Source: Akkermansiaceae bacterium
Lineage (GTDB): Bacteria; Verrucomicrobiota; Verrucomicrobiia; Verrucomicrobiales; Akkermansiaceae
Direction: 5' to 3'
Assembly: GCA_051251915.1 (NCBI GenBank)
Contig: JBPOGF010000001.1
Location: forward strand, 128,001 to 192,000
Length of the DNA: 64,000 bases
Each line of letters starts with the position of its first letter. Position 1 is the stretch's first letter. Below are positions 45,606-55,450 of this stretch, one piece after another. A program made the position numbers and the translations under genes. The notes beneath the pieces were generated by a model. That model did not search any database and was not told the origin of the DNA. It was given only the letters and a program-made list of their open reading frames with translations.

Positions 45606-46397
45606 ATGAAAAACACACCTTTAATTATAGCGGGCAGGGAATTTAATTCGCGCCTGATGGCTGGCACTGGTAAGTTCGCTTCTAATGAACTCATGCGCGA
45701 TACTCTGGCTGCGAGCGGTACTGAGATAGTAACTGTGGCTTTGCGTAGGGCTGATCTGAGTGGGGGCGGGGAGAAAGATCCGTTTGCGAACATTTTGGAG
45801 TTTATTGATCCTGAGAAATATCTTCTTTTACCGAATACTAGTGGGGCGATGAATGCTGAGGAGGCGGTTCGGTTAGCGAGACTGGCTGAGGCGGCGGGGC
45901 TTCCGAAATGGATTAAGTTAGAGATTCACCCGGATCCGACTTATCTGTTGCCTGATCCTATTGAGACCTTGGCTGCGGCAGAGATTCTGGTGAAAGAGGG
46001 ATTTACTGTGCTTCCTTATATTAATGCTGACCCAGTTCTTGCGAAGCGACTCCAGGAAGTAGGAACGGCGGCTGTGATGCCGCTTGGCGCTCCGATTGGT
46101 TCTAATAAAGGGGTGGTGACTAGAGATTTAGTTCAGATCATTATTGATCAGGCCATCGTCCCGGTGGTGGTTGATGCGGGACTTGGTGCGCCTAGTCATG
46201 CTGCTGAGGCGATGGAGCTGGGAGCTGATGCGGTGTTGGTAAATACAGCGATGGCTATCCCTAGTGATCCAGTTCGTATGGGTGAGGCGTTTAAGTTGGC
46301 TGTGGAAGCTGGTAGAGCTGCTTACGAGATAGGATTACCTCAGCAGCGCGAAACAGCCTCGGCTACGAGTCCACTGACAGGATTTCTGAATAGCTAA
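45606..46397 (+). CDS. thiG: Thiazole synthase
   Basis: [44 protein letters not shown]. Confidence 0.97.
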   Translation: MKNTPLIIAGREFNSRLMAGTGKFASNELMRDTLAASGTEIVTVALRRADLSGGGEKDPFANILEFIDPEKYLLLPNTSGAMNAEEAVRLARLAEAAGLPKWIKLEIHPDPTYLLPDPIETLAAAEILVKEGFTVLPYINADPVLAKRLQEVGTAAVMPLGAPIGSNKGVVTRDLVQIIIDQAIVPVVVDAGLGAPSHAAEAMELGADAVLVNTAMAIPSDPVRMGEAFKLAVEAGRAAYEIGLPQQRETASATSPLTGFLNS

Positions 46398-46554
46398 GTT
46401 GAGATTGTGTAGGTGGTTGCTTTTATCTATCCTAAAAGCACCATCAGATATTCAATACCCACCGATCAGGGGGATATCGGGCTTTCTTCTTGATAGTTGG
46501 TTCAGCTGAGCGTTATTTGATGCATCTTAGAAACGTAAATTTGTGCTACCTACC

Positions 46555-47256
46555 ATGAAATCAATCACCCAATATTCAATTCTGGCCATCGCTCTTTCAG
46601 CATTTAGCTGTCAGGCAGAAGCAAACCCGACCATCATTCCTGCTCAAGCTACAGAATCTGAGAAGAGCACAGCCGTTTCTCTTTTTGATGGCAAAACACT
46701 GGCAGGTTGGAAGGCGGTGAATCCGAAGAATGCGAAATTTTGGTCAGTAAAGGATGGCATCATTGAGGCTTCTAATGGGGACAAGAAGATGCCGATTAAT
46801 ACTTACCTTGCGACGACGTCGGAGTATGAAAATTTCGAGTTTACCTGTGAGTTTCGGTTGAGTGGGGATCATGCTACTGGTCTTATTAACAGTGGTATCC
46901 AATACCGGTCTGTGCTTAAAAAGCATAAGAAGAAAGGGGTGACCATTGTGGGGTATCAGGCCGATATCGGTAAAGACTGGTGGGGTGGAATCTATGATGA
47001 GCACCGTAGAGGTAAGCTTGTGATGGGGGATTCTAAGGAGTTGTTGGCAAGTGAAGGTTTCAAGGATGATAGCTGGCATACCTATAAAATTGTGTGCAAG
47101 GGGGACCATCATCAGCTATACATAGATGGTATTCTGACAGCTGGCTATACTGAAGAGGAGGCTAAGATCCCCACGAAGGGAGTGATAGCATTACAGCTTC
47201 ATAAGGGAGGTATTGCAAAGATGCAGTACCGCAATATTCAGATTAAACCACTTTAA
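46555..47256 (+). CDS. DUF1080 (3-keto-disaccharide hydrolase-like) lipoprotein
   Basis: Lipobox-like AFSC, LFDGKTLAGW, NSGIQYRS, GYQAD, GVIALQLH, YRNIQIK. Confidence 0.9.
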   Translation: MKSITQYSILAIALSAFSCQAEANPTIIPAQATESEKSTAVSLFDGKTLAGWKAVNPKNAKFWSVKDGIIEASNGDKKMPINTYLATTSEYENFEFTCEFRLSGDHATGLINSGIQYRSVLKKHKKKGVTIVGYQADIGKDWWGGIYDEHRRGKLVMGDSKELLASEGFKDDSWHTYKIVCKGDHHQLYIDGILTAGYTEEEAKIPTKGVIALQLHKGGIAKMQYRNIQIKPL

Positions 47257-47273
47257 TTTTAGACTTAAGCTAC

Positions 47274-50200
47274 ATGTCAATTTCCAAATACTACATCCCT
47301 GCCTTTCTTGCTATTCCTTTCGTATTTAGTCTGCCTTCAGAAGCAGCTAAACCGAAGCGACCGAAAAAGAAAACTCAGTCAACGCGAGCCGCATCGCTTT
47401 CACCTGAAGAGCAACTTAAGACGTTTAAGTTACCTGAGGGGTTCGTTATTGAGTTAGTGGCGTCAGAGAAAAATGGTTTGATCAATCCGATTGATTTAGC
47501 GTTTGATGATGCTGGGAGATTGTGGACTCAGACTGCTGAGATGTATCCGCTTGATCCTAATGCGAAGGTGGTGGGGAGAAAGTCTCTGGAAGCCTTGGAT
47601 AAGGGGACGATAGGTAAGAAAACTGAATTTCAAAGGATTAAAGAACTGTATCAGCTCAAGCAGAGAGGTACTGACAAGATATTGATTATTGAGGACCCGA
47701 CGAAGCAGGTAAAAGGTGAGATTCCCGTCTTTGCGGAGGGGATAACCATCCCTCAGAGTTTACTCCCTTATAAAGATGGAGTCTTTGTGGCGCATGGTTC
47801 TGAGATGCTTTTCATAGGGGACAAAAATGGTGACGGTAAGGCGGATTACCATGAGAATGTGCTATCTGGATTTGGCTACACTGATACACATACGATGTCT
47901 CATACATTGGTGAGGGGGCCTGGTGGATGGGTTCACTTTTCTCATGGGGCGTTGAACAAAGGTAAGGTTGTGTCCTCTAAGTCTGGTAATAGCACTCAGA
48001 TCAATTTCAGTAAAATAGGGCGTTTTTCTCTCGATGGTAAAAATGTGGAGGTGGTGAACAATGGACTTAATAATATTTGGGGTTTTCAGCTGAAGGGAAA
48101 TGGTCAGTGGTATGGGACTGAGGCGAATGATTTGTTTTACAGTTTGGTGCCAATGCACCCGATGATGGGGTATCCAGGCATTGGAAATGATAAGCTTAAG
48201 CCGTATCAGCCTTTTGCACCAAAGGTTCATCAATTCAAAGTCAATGGAACGGGTATTTCTGGACTGGCTTATGATGAGAATGGGAAGAGTGGATTTCCGG
48301 ATGAGTGGAAGAATATTGGTTTTTTAGCAAACCCGATTACAAGCGCGATCAACTGTGTTGTGTCGGATAGGAATCCTGATGGTTCGGTGATCTCGAAGCA
48401 TTTTCCGGATTTTCTTACTTGTTCTGATGACTGGTTTCGTCCAGTGAATATTGAGTTTGGACCTGATGGCTGTCTGTACATCGTAGATTGGTATAATAAA
48501 ATCATCTCCCACAACGAGGTTTCTAGGGATCATCCAGATCGAGATGTAACTCATGGTCGTATTTGGAGGATTAGATATGAGGGGCAGAAAGCTTCTGTTG
48601 CTAATGTGCTGAAATCTTCTGATAAAGAGCTGATAAAGCATCTGCGTGCTGAAATCCAATGGGAGAAGCGTGCTGCATGGCATCAAATTGCGGATCGACA
48701 GGTGAAGTCGTTGGTTCCTGAGTTGACTGGAATTGTGAAGGATGCGGCTGAGACTGTTGATACTCGTGTGTTAGCGCTCTGGTCTCTGGAGAGTCTGGGG
48801 GCTTATGATCTGGAGCTGATGAAAGTACTTACTGCTGATGAAAATGCAGACATAAGACGTGAAGCCTTACGTTCATTGAATACCTTTCAACCCGGAATTT
48901 CTGATGTGGTAACTCTGACTAAGCCATTGATCAGTGATCCTCATTACATGGTGAAAGAACAGGTGCTTAGAACGCTGGCAAAAGCGAATGCGGCGAATTC
49001 TGATAGTATTAAAATGCTGGTTTCAGCAGCTAAGCCAGAGAAGAAGGGGAAGAATGCTTTTGGGGGGATTTATGAGAATAACTTTCAGCGGTTCTTGGCT
49101 CTGATGGCGCTGGAGCAATATCCTAGTGATCTGATGGCCTTCATTGACTCACCCTTGGCTAAAGAAGTAGCTTCGGCTAACCTTAATGAGGCGAGTCGCA
49201 TACTTCCGAAGGAAGATAGGACGCTGAAGATTTTGGCTTCGTTGAAAAGTGGGAAATCGGAGTTGGATGGTGATACATTGGTGGCGCTGTCGGAAAGTAT
49301 GGATGAGCCTAAGGTGCTGAAGGCGCTTGGGGCGAAGCTTGCTACTAGGGAATTTGTCCAACTTGCGTTGGATAACCAAAGTCGCTTGCGCTCTTCTTCT
49401 CTTTTGAAAGCGCTTGAGCCAGGGTTAAAAGCGCTAATGGTTTCTTCGGCTGAGGATCAGTCATTTGCTTTAGATGCTGCAATTCGATTCCAATCTGGCG
49501 CGATCAATGATGAGTTGATCAAGGTGCTAGGAAGCACACAGATCAGTAAGCTAAACTCACAGCAGGTAGAGGCTCTGTTGATAGAAGGTAAGAAGAATAG
49601 CGATATTTTACATAAGATAGCAACCAATGCTGAGGTGGAAAAAAGTGTGAGGCTAAAGGCTCTTTTGGCTTTGGCGCTCGTCGATCCAAGAGGGGCGATG
49701 ACTGTGGCTGAGCAGGCGTATAAGGCCGGGGATGACTATACTAAGTCTGTGCTTGTGACTGGCTTTAGATACTCTGAACAAGGCGGACTACTGTTGCTTC
49801 ATTTGATCAATAAGAAACTACTTTCACCTGAGAAGCTAGAGCTCGAGACTGCGCAGCGCATTCTGGAATCTCACAAAACTAATGCAGTAGCTAAGTCTCT
49901 AGCTAAAGGAGTGAGAGCCAGGTTGCAAGCAGCTAGTGCAGTAGCTGATGGGAAGGTGAAACAATTCACGGAGGAGGTAGAGAAGCTAAAAGGAAATCCA
50001 GAGATGGGTAAAGCGATGTTTGGCTCTTGTCTTCAGTGTCATCAAGCGGGTGATAAAGGTTTAGATATAGCCCCTTCACTGGACGGTGGTAGGAAGCGTA
50101 ATATTGAGCATATGCTAGTTGCCATCGTGAAGCCAAATGACGCCATGGAAGGCGGATATAGGCTTTACCGGATCACCACGAAAAGCGGTGATATTCTGGA

Positions 50201-50393
50201 AGGGTACATGTATAACTCGAATGCGAATGGAACAACGTTAGCTTTCATGGGAGGAGGTAAGAAATTTATACCTAAGGAGCAAATCAAGAAGGAGCGCTTC
50301 ATTAATGGCCAATCATTTATGCCATCGATGTTTGGAGATCTAGAAGGTCAAACGATGGCGGACCTGATTTCATACATTAAAACGATACCTTAA
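47274..50393 (+). CDS. PVC-type heme-binding CxxCH protein, paralog of 18861-21977
   Basis: FKLPEGFVIELVASE, FRPVNIEFGPDGCLYIVDWYN, CLQCH, SFMP. Confidence 0.92.
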   Translation: MSISKYYIPAFLAIPFVFSLPSEAAKPKRPKKKTQSTRAASLSPEEQLKTFKLPEGFVIELVASEKNGLINPIDLAFDDAGRLWTQTAEMYPLDPNAKVVGRKSLEALDKGTIGKKTEFQRIKELYQLKQRGTDKILIIEDPTKQVKGEIPVFAEGITIPQSLLPYKDGVFVAHGSEMLFIGDKNGDGKADYHENVLSGFGYTDTHTMSHTLVRGPGGWVHFSHGALNKGKVVSSKSGNSTQINFSKIGRFSLDGKNVEVVNNGLNNIWGFQLKGNGQWYGTEANDLFYSLVPMHPMMGYPGIGNDKLKPYQPFAPKVHQFKVNGTGISGLAYDENGKSGFPDEWKNIGFLANPITSAINCVVSDRNPDGSVISKHFPDFLTCSDDWFRPVNIEFGPDGCLYIVDWYNKIISHNEVSRDHPDRDVTHGRIWRIRYEGQKASVANVLKSSDKELIKHLRAEIQWEKRAAWHQIADRQVKSLVPELTGIVKDAAETVDTRVLALWSLESLGAYDLELMKVLTADENADIRREALRSLNTFQPGISDVVTLTKPLISDPHYMVKEQVLRTLAKANAANSDSIKMLVSAAKPEKKGKNAFGGIYENNFQRFLALMALEQYPSDLMAFIDSPLAKEVASANLNEASRILPKEDRTLKILASLKSGKSELDGDTLVALSESMDEPKVLKALGAKLATREFVQLALDNQSRLRSSSLLKALEPGLKALMVSSAEDQSFALDAAIRFQSGAINDELIKVLGSTQISKLNSQQVEALLIEGKKNSDILHKIATNAEVEKSVRLKALLALALVDPRGAMTVAEQAYKAGDDYTKSVLVTGFRYSEQGGLLLLHLINKKLLSPEKLELETAQRILESHKTNAVAKSLAKGVRARLQAASAVADGKVKQFTEEVEKLKGNPEMGKAMFGSCLQCHQAGDKGLDIAPSLDGGRKRNIEHMLVAIVKPNDAMEGGYRLYRITTKSGDILEGYMYNSNANGTTLAFMGGGKKFIPKEQIKKERFINGQSFMPSMFGDLEGQTMADLISYIKTIP

Positions 50394-50529
50394 GGCAAAA
50401 TGGGAGATCTGGGCTCCCAGCTATCCCGTTTAGAGCCAATAATCTGGGGAGATTCATAAGTAGTTGATGATTTTTGCATTTTGCTCTTGATAAATTCCTC
50501 AAAGACCTTAGTTGTAACCACACTAAATT

Positions 50530-50778
50530 ATGGGACAACAATACAATAAAGTTTTAAAGAGAAAGCGTCGTAAGGATTACCTCCGTCGCAAGAAGGCACA
50601 GTCAGGCTCAAGTGTGGCTGTGAAGAAGAGCAAGCCAGCTGCTAAGAAGGCTGCTCCGGCAAAGAAAGCTGCGGCAAAGAAAACAGCTGCAAAGAAAGCG
50701 GCTAAAAAAGCTCCTGCTAAGAAGGCCGCTAAGAAGGCACCAGCAAAGAAAGCAGCTAAGAAAGAAGAAGAGAAATAA
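50530..50778 (+). CDS. Small basic histone-H1-like protein
   Basis: KRKRRK head plus PAKKAA repeats. Confidence 0.85.
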   Translation: MGQQYNKVLKRKRRKDYLRRKKAQSGSSVAVKKSKPAAKKAAPAKKAAAKKTAAKKAAKKAPAKKAAKKAPAKKAAKKEEEK

Positions 50779-50805
50779 TCTCTGTCTTTTAGAAACATTT
50801 TACCG

Positions 50806-50842
50806 AGCCAGTCTTGTCGCATCTAGCGTGAGACTGGCTTTT
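50806..50842 (+). terminator. Intrinsic terminator
   Basis: AGCCAGTCTT...GAGACTGGCT followed by T-rich tract. Confidence 0.75.
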
Positions 50843-50870
50843 CTATTTCTTAGACTTAGAAAACGGAAAT

Positions 50871-51266
50871 ATGGACAACGTTCTCATCGTAGATGGCCAC
50901 AGTGCTATATTTTCGACTCCGGATTTGGCTGAGAGCCATATGCGGGATGGGCGGAGGGCTCGGGGTGAGTTGGTCCGTGAGTTGACTCATTTTCAGGATG
51001 TTTCAGATTATCATGTTGTGGTGGTGTTTGATGGGAAAGGGGATCGGCTAGATAGTGAGCTGCGGCAGGAGCAAGATATCCTCGTGATGTATAGTCGGGT
51101 GAATCAGACGGCGGATGCGGTGATAGAGCGTATAGTGGCTCAACATGCGGAGAAATTTAATGTATCGGTTGCTTCGAACGATCGCTTTGTGCTTGATACT
51201 ATTTCAGTGTTTGGTGCCTTTCCTATGAGCATCCGCAGGATGTGGGAACTTATTGATGCTGGGTGA
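50871..51266 (+). CDS. NYN-domain (YacP/Rae1-like) ribonuclease
   Basis: LIVDGH, VVFDG, TADAVIER, VASND. Confidence 0.85.
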   Translation: MDNVLIVDGHSAIFSTPDLAESHMRDGRRARGELVRELTHFQDVSDYHVVVVFDGKGDRLDSELRQEQDILVMYSRVNQTADAVIERIVAQHAEKFNVSVASNDRFVLDTISVFGAFPMSIRRMWELIDAG

Positions 51267-51281
51267 AATGGGTGAGGCTGT

Positions 51282-51313
51282 GCATATTTAGTCTTCAGAA
51301 GATCTTGATTTGC
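51282..51313. promoter_or_regulatory. Inverted-repeat operator candidate, copy 1
   Basis: GCATAT-N20-ATTTGC upstream of the PocR-like gene. Confidence 0.4.
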
Positions 51314-51358
51314 GTTGATATGGATACAATTGGTGTGCTACAAACTAGCTAATAAATT

Positions 51359-51907
51359 ATGACTGATAAACAAATACTAAACCAGATCCGTGAGAGTGAG
51401 CATTTTAGAGTTCTTTGTGAGGCATTTAAGCGTATGACTGAATTGGATTTATGGCTAGATTCACTTGATGAGGATGATCCAAGGTCAATGGATGAGCTTT
51501 CAAGTGATTACTATTCTATTCTGACGAAAAAGTTAGGCTTGAAGGATCAGTTAGACGTATCACACCAGACGATGCGTGAGGCTACTAGTGGTAAGCATGT
51601 CAAATACGCGGAAGGGATATCTGGATTGATTCATTTCTTAGTTCCTGTTCATAATGGAGAGCAAGAGATAGGTTTCTTGCGTTGTGGAGGGATGAGAGAC
51701 ACTTACCGAGGAGTCTTGAAGTTTATGAATTTCTCACAGGAGCTGAAAGATCAGGATCATGATGCTGATAAAATAGCTGAACTGGAGCTCGCTTTCAAAA
51801 AGATACCAAATATCCACGGTGAAGATCTCGCTGAAGCCACTGCTTGGCTTGCAGATAGGGCGAAGGAAATAGATAAGGAAATCACTGAGATTAAGTCCGC
51901 GAGCTAG
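51359..51907 (+). CDS. Stand-alone PocR-like sensor domain protein
   Basis: AFKRMTELDL, SGLIHFLVPVHNGEQEIGFLRCGG; no HTH or kinase output domain. Confidence 0.65.
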   Translation: MTDKQILNQIRESEHFRVLCEAFKRMTELDLWLDSLDEDDPRSMDELSSDYYSILTKKLGLKDQLDVSHQTMREATSGKHVKYAEGISGLIHFLVPVHNGEQEIGFLRCGGMRDTYRGVLKFMNFSQELKDQDHDADKIAELELAFKKIPNIHGEDLAEATAWLADRAKEIDKEITEIKSAS

Positions 51908-51909
51908 AA

Positions 51910-51945
51910 CCGCGTATTATAAGGTAGTAATAGCAAAATATGCGG
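51910..51945. promoter_or_regulatory. Inverted-repeat operator candidate, copy 2
   Basis: CCGCGTATT-N18-AATATGCGG upstream of pckA. Confidence 0.55.
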
Positions 51946-52050
51946 AGTCTTTTTGTAGTTTAGGAGTAGAACGTAGAGGTAAGGTTTAGTTGGAGAATTT
52001 CTCCACTAAGTGACCTTACTATAATCTAACAGAAACTGCAAAAAGACATC

Positions 52051-53631
52051 ATGAATACATACTATAATCTTAATCCTCGTCAGCTTCATAAAAATGCCTC
52101 ACCTGCGGATCTCTATAAATTAGCGATTCTTACTGAGGAAGATACTGAACTCTCAAATAAGGGAGCATTGATCGCCTACTCTGGTGATAAAACAGGCCGT
52201 TCACCTAAAGATAAGCGGGTGGTGAAGGCTTCTGAAAGTGAGGGGAATGTTTGGTGGGGAGAAGTCAATATTCCTATGGATGCTGCGCAGTTTGAAATTA
52301 ACAAAGAGCGTGCGTTGGATTACTTAGGGATTCAGGATACGCTGTATGTGTTGGATGCTTTTGCGGGGTGGGATACGAAGCATCGTCTGAAGGTGCGGGT
52401 GATTTGTTCACGTCCTTACCATGCGTTGTTCATGCATAATATGCTTATCAGGCCAACGGATGCTGAGCTTGCTGAATTTGGTGAGCCAGATTTCACGATT
52501 TTGAATGCGGGTAAATTCCCTGCGAATGGGCATACTGAGGGGATGAGTTCTAAGACATCAATTGATCTCAATATAGAGGCGAGAGAGATGGTTATTCTTG
52601 GAACTGAGTATGCGGGGGAGATGAAGAAAGGTGTCTTCACGATGATGAATTATTTGATGCCTAAATCTGGTAATTTGCCAATGCATTGTGGAGCTACCGC
52701 GGCGAAAGATACTGAGGATTCTATGGTGTTATTTGGGCTTTCAGGCACTGGTAAAACGACGCTTTCCGCTGATCCTAACAGAAGGTTGATAGGTGATGAT
52801 GAGCATGTATGGACTGATGACGGGATATTTAATATTGAGGGTGGTTGTTATGCGAAGGCGATAGACCTTACTGAGGAATCTGAGCCGGAGATTTTCAATG
52901 CTCTGCATTTTGGTGCAGTTTTGGAAAATGTGACGATAGATGATCATAATGAAGTGAAATTTGAGGATACTAGTATTACTCAGAACACACGCGGGGCGTA
53001 TCCGATTGAGTTTATTTCTAATGCGAAGATTCCGTGTGTGGCTGGACAGCCTACTGATGTGGTTTTCCTAACCTGTGATGCGTTTGGGGTGTTGCCGCCA
53101 GTGGCGAAACTAACTCCTGAGCAGGCTGCATATCACTTTATTTCAGGATACACGGCGAAAGTGGCTGGGACGGAGGAGGGTGTATCTGAGCCTTCAGCTA
53201 CGTTTTCTGCTTGTTTCGGTGCACCATTCATGGTGTGGCATCCAGGTAAATATGCGGAGCTTCTTAGTAAGAGGATTGCTGAGAATAATGTGAATGTCTG
53301 GTTGGTGAATACTGGCTGGACTGGCGGGAAATATGGTGTTGGATCACGTATTAAACTTAAGTATTCACGGGCGATCATTAGTGCGATTGCTGAGGGAAGC
53401 TTAAATAATGCGAAGACTGAGAGTAATCCTTATTTTGGATTTGAAACGGTGCTGGAGTGCGCTGGTGTACCGTCTGAGGTGTTAGACCCTAGCACTTCAT
53501 GGCAAGATCCTGAGGAGTATGGCAAGACAGCGGCTCATCTTGCTGAGCTATTTACTGAGAACTTCAAGAGTTTTGAGGATGGTGTGGCTCCTGAGATCGT
53601 GGATGCGGGACCTACTCAGGCTAAAAGCTAA
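52051..53631 (+). CDS. pckA: Phosphoenolpyruvate carboxykinase (ATP)
   Basis: TGRSPKDK, YAGEMKKG, GLSGTGKTTLS, LIGDDEH, EGGCYAK. Confidence 0.98.
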   Translation: MNTYYNLNPRQLHKNASPADLYKLAILTEEDTELSNKGALIAYSGDKTGRSPKDKRVVKASESEGNVWWGEVNIPMDAAQFEINKERALDYLGIQDTLYVLDAFAGWDTKHRLKVRVICSRPYHALFMHNMLIRPTDAELAEFGEPDFTILNAGKFPANGHTEGMSSKTSIDLNIEAREMVILGTEYAGEMKKGVFTMMNYLMPKSGNLPMHCGATAAKDTEDSMVLFGLSGTGKTTLSADPNRRLIGDDEHVWTDDGIFNIEGGCYAKAIDLTEESEPEIFNALHFGAVLENVTIDDHNEVKFEDTSITQNTRGAYPIEFISNAKIPCVAGQPTDVVFLTCDAFGVLPPVAKLTPEQAAYHFISGYTAKVAGTEEGVSEPSATFSACFGAPFMVWHPGKYAELLSKRIAENNVNVWLVNTGWTGGKYGVGSRIKLKYSRAIISAIAEGSLNNAKTESNPYFGFETVLECAGVPSEVLDPSTSWQDPEEYGKTAAHLAELFTENFKSFEDGVAPEIVDAGPTQAKS

Positions 53632-53646
53632 TCGATTGGTAACGCT

Positions 53647-55119
53647 ATGCCTTTAAACCGATTAACACGCCTGGGTGGCGCAGAGACACGAGCAAACGCG
53701 CTTCGCTGGATGAGGGTGCATACCTTTAGTCCACTCCGGAGTAGTATCAAGTGGGTTCTCTGTGTGATCTTGGCGTGGTTAGCTGGCAATATACCCATGA
53801 TCGCAGATGCGCGGGCTTCTGGTGCGCTGAGTGCTGAGGGCGCCTGGATGTTTCGTATTTTAGTGTTAGCGGCTGGTCTGTGGTTAACGGAGGCGATTCC
53901 TGCTTATGCAACAGCGATGCTGATCATGGGGCTGGAGTTGCTTTTTCTCTCCACAGCTACGGGATCATCTGAGCTTTGGGAGTGGTCGGAGATTTTGGAG
54001 GTTTGGGGGTCTCCGTTGATTTGGTTATTTTTTGGAGGTTTTTTAATAGCTGAGGCATTTCGGGAAGCTGGCTTGGATCGGATAGTGGCGAAGTCTATCT
54101 TGGCTCGGACTGGGAAGGGGGCGTGCTCGATGACAGTGGGGTTGATGTTGGTGACGTATGTTTTGAGTATGTTTATGAGTAATACTGCAACGATTACGGT
54201 GGTGATAGCGATTATTTCTCCGTTACTCCGTCAGGTTCCTAGAGATAACTTAAGTGCTAGAGGTATGCTTTTAGGCTTAGCTTTGGCAGCTAGTCTTGGC
54301 GGAATGGCTACGATTGTGGGAACGCCTCCGAATGCTATAGCTGTGGCAAATTTGGCTGAGAATGGAATTACGATTAATTTCTTACAGTGGATGAAAATAG
54401 CAGGCCCGCCGTCTCTGCTCCTTTTGATGTTGTGCTTTGGTTATATTTGGCTGGCGTATTTTAAGAGGGATAAAGAAGCGGTAGTCTTTGATCTTGGGGG
54501 GCTGAGTGAGCCTTCTTCAAAAGCTGGTAAGGGAGGGGGAATTCAGTGGAAGCTGGTTTTTGTGGTGATCATAACTTTGGGGACGATAGGGATGTGGATG
54601 ACACAGTCATTTCATCATATTCACCCTACGGTGGTGGTATTTTTCGCGATTACTTTGCTGACTTTGACAGGGGTGCTCACTTCTGTCTCGCTGATGTCTG
54701 TTCCATGGGATGTGCTTATTTTGATGGCGGGTGGTTTGGCATTAGGGAAGGGGATATCTGTGAGTGGTTTGGCTGATTTTTTCTCTCAGCATATTCCTGA
54801 CGGGTTGTCAGCTGTGACGTTGGGGCTAGTGTTCGCGTTTGTAGCGGTGATGGCATCTAATTTCATGAGTAATACGGCTGCTGCTAACGCGATTATTCCG
54901 CTGATTTTTTCGGCGGTGGCAGTGAGTGATTCGATGCTGGTGGTGATACCGGCTACTTTGGCGTGTTCTTGTGCTACTTTATTACCGGTTTCTACACCTC
55001 CTAATGCGATTTGCTATGCTACGGGGAAGCTTAGGGCTTCAGATTTCTATAAGTTAGGGTTCGTTCTTATTGTTTTGGGGCCTGGTATTAGTTTTCTTTG
55101 GTGTCGTATTATTTTGTAA
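53647..55119 (+). CDS. SLC13/DASS family anion (di/tricarboxylate or sulfate) transporter
   Basis: LWLTEAIP, MSNTAT, GTPPNAI, MSNTAAA, STPPNAI. Confidence 0.92.
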   Translation: MPLNRLTRLGGAETRANALRWMRVHTFSPLRSSIKWVLCVILAWLAGNIPMIADARASGALSAEGAWMFRILVLAAGLWLTEAIPAYATAMLIMGLELLFLSTATGSSELWEWSEILEVWGSPLIWLFFGGFLIAEAFREAGLDRIVAKSILARTGKGACSMTVGLMLVTYVLSMFMSNTATITVVIAIISPLLRQVPRDNLSARGMLLGLALAASLGGMATIVGTPPNAIAVANLAENGITINFLQWMKIAGPPSLLLLMLCFGYIWLAYFKRDKEAVVFDLGGLSEPSSKAGKGGGIQWKLVFVVIITLGTIGMWMTQSFHHIHPTVVVFFAITLLTLTGVLTSVSLMSVPWDVLILMAGGLALGKGISVSGLADFFSQHIPDGLSAVTLGLVFAFVAVMASNFMSNTAAANAIIPLIFSAVAVSDSMLVVIPATLACSCATLLPVSTPPNAICYATGKLRASDFYKLGFVLIVLGPGISFLWCRIIL

Positions 55120-55140
55120 AACAGAATTGGCCATCTGAAT

Positions 55141-55176
55141 CCGCATATATTTCCAATTTGAAAACAATATATGCTG
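55141..55176. promoter_or_regulatory. Inverted-repeat operator candidate, copy 3
   Basis: CCGCATATA-N18-TATATGCTG upstream of the cco operon. Confidence 0.55.
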
Positions 55177-55237
55177 TGAATTTTTTTGAGCGGTATGGCA
55201 GATTCTTTCGCGTTGGAACATAACCAACTCATTATTT

Positions 55238-55426
55238 ATGCCTGTTCTTCATCTCACCATCTTTATTTCGATCATTATGACGATCGCTTTTATCGTGTGC
55301 TATGTGATGGAAGCATGGCGAAACAAGAATCAAGGAGTTGAGCAGACATCACTGCTGCCCCTAGCGGATGACGCTGAGGTGAGTGTGAAGGAGCCGGTTA
55401 CAGAGGACAAAAAATCACAACTTTAG
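55238..55426 (+). CDS. CcoS-like small cbb3 oxidase assembly protein
   Basis: N-terminal TM, SLLPLADD motif, directly before ccoN. Confidence 0.6.
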   Translation: MPVLHLTIFISIIMTIAFIVCYVMEAWRNKNQGVEQTSLLPLADDAEVSVKEPVTEDKKSQL

Positions 55427-55450
55427 AACAGAAGATCATTAATAAATTTT

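Noticed and set aside
45560..45606. TPP riboswitch upstream of thiG
   Set aside because: Only a 6-nt gap from the upstream gene and no TPP aptamer consensus visible
55196..55211. TGGCA...TTCGC as a sigma54 promoter for cco
   Set aside because: Spacing is GG-N11-GC rather than the required GG-N10-GC
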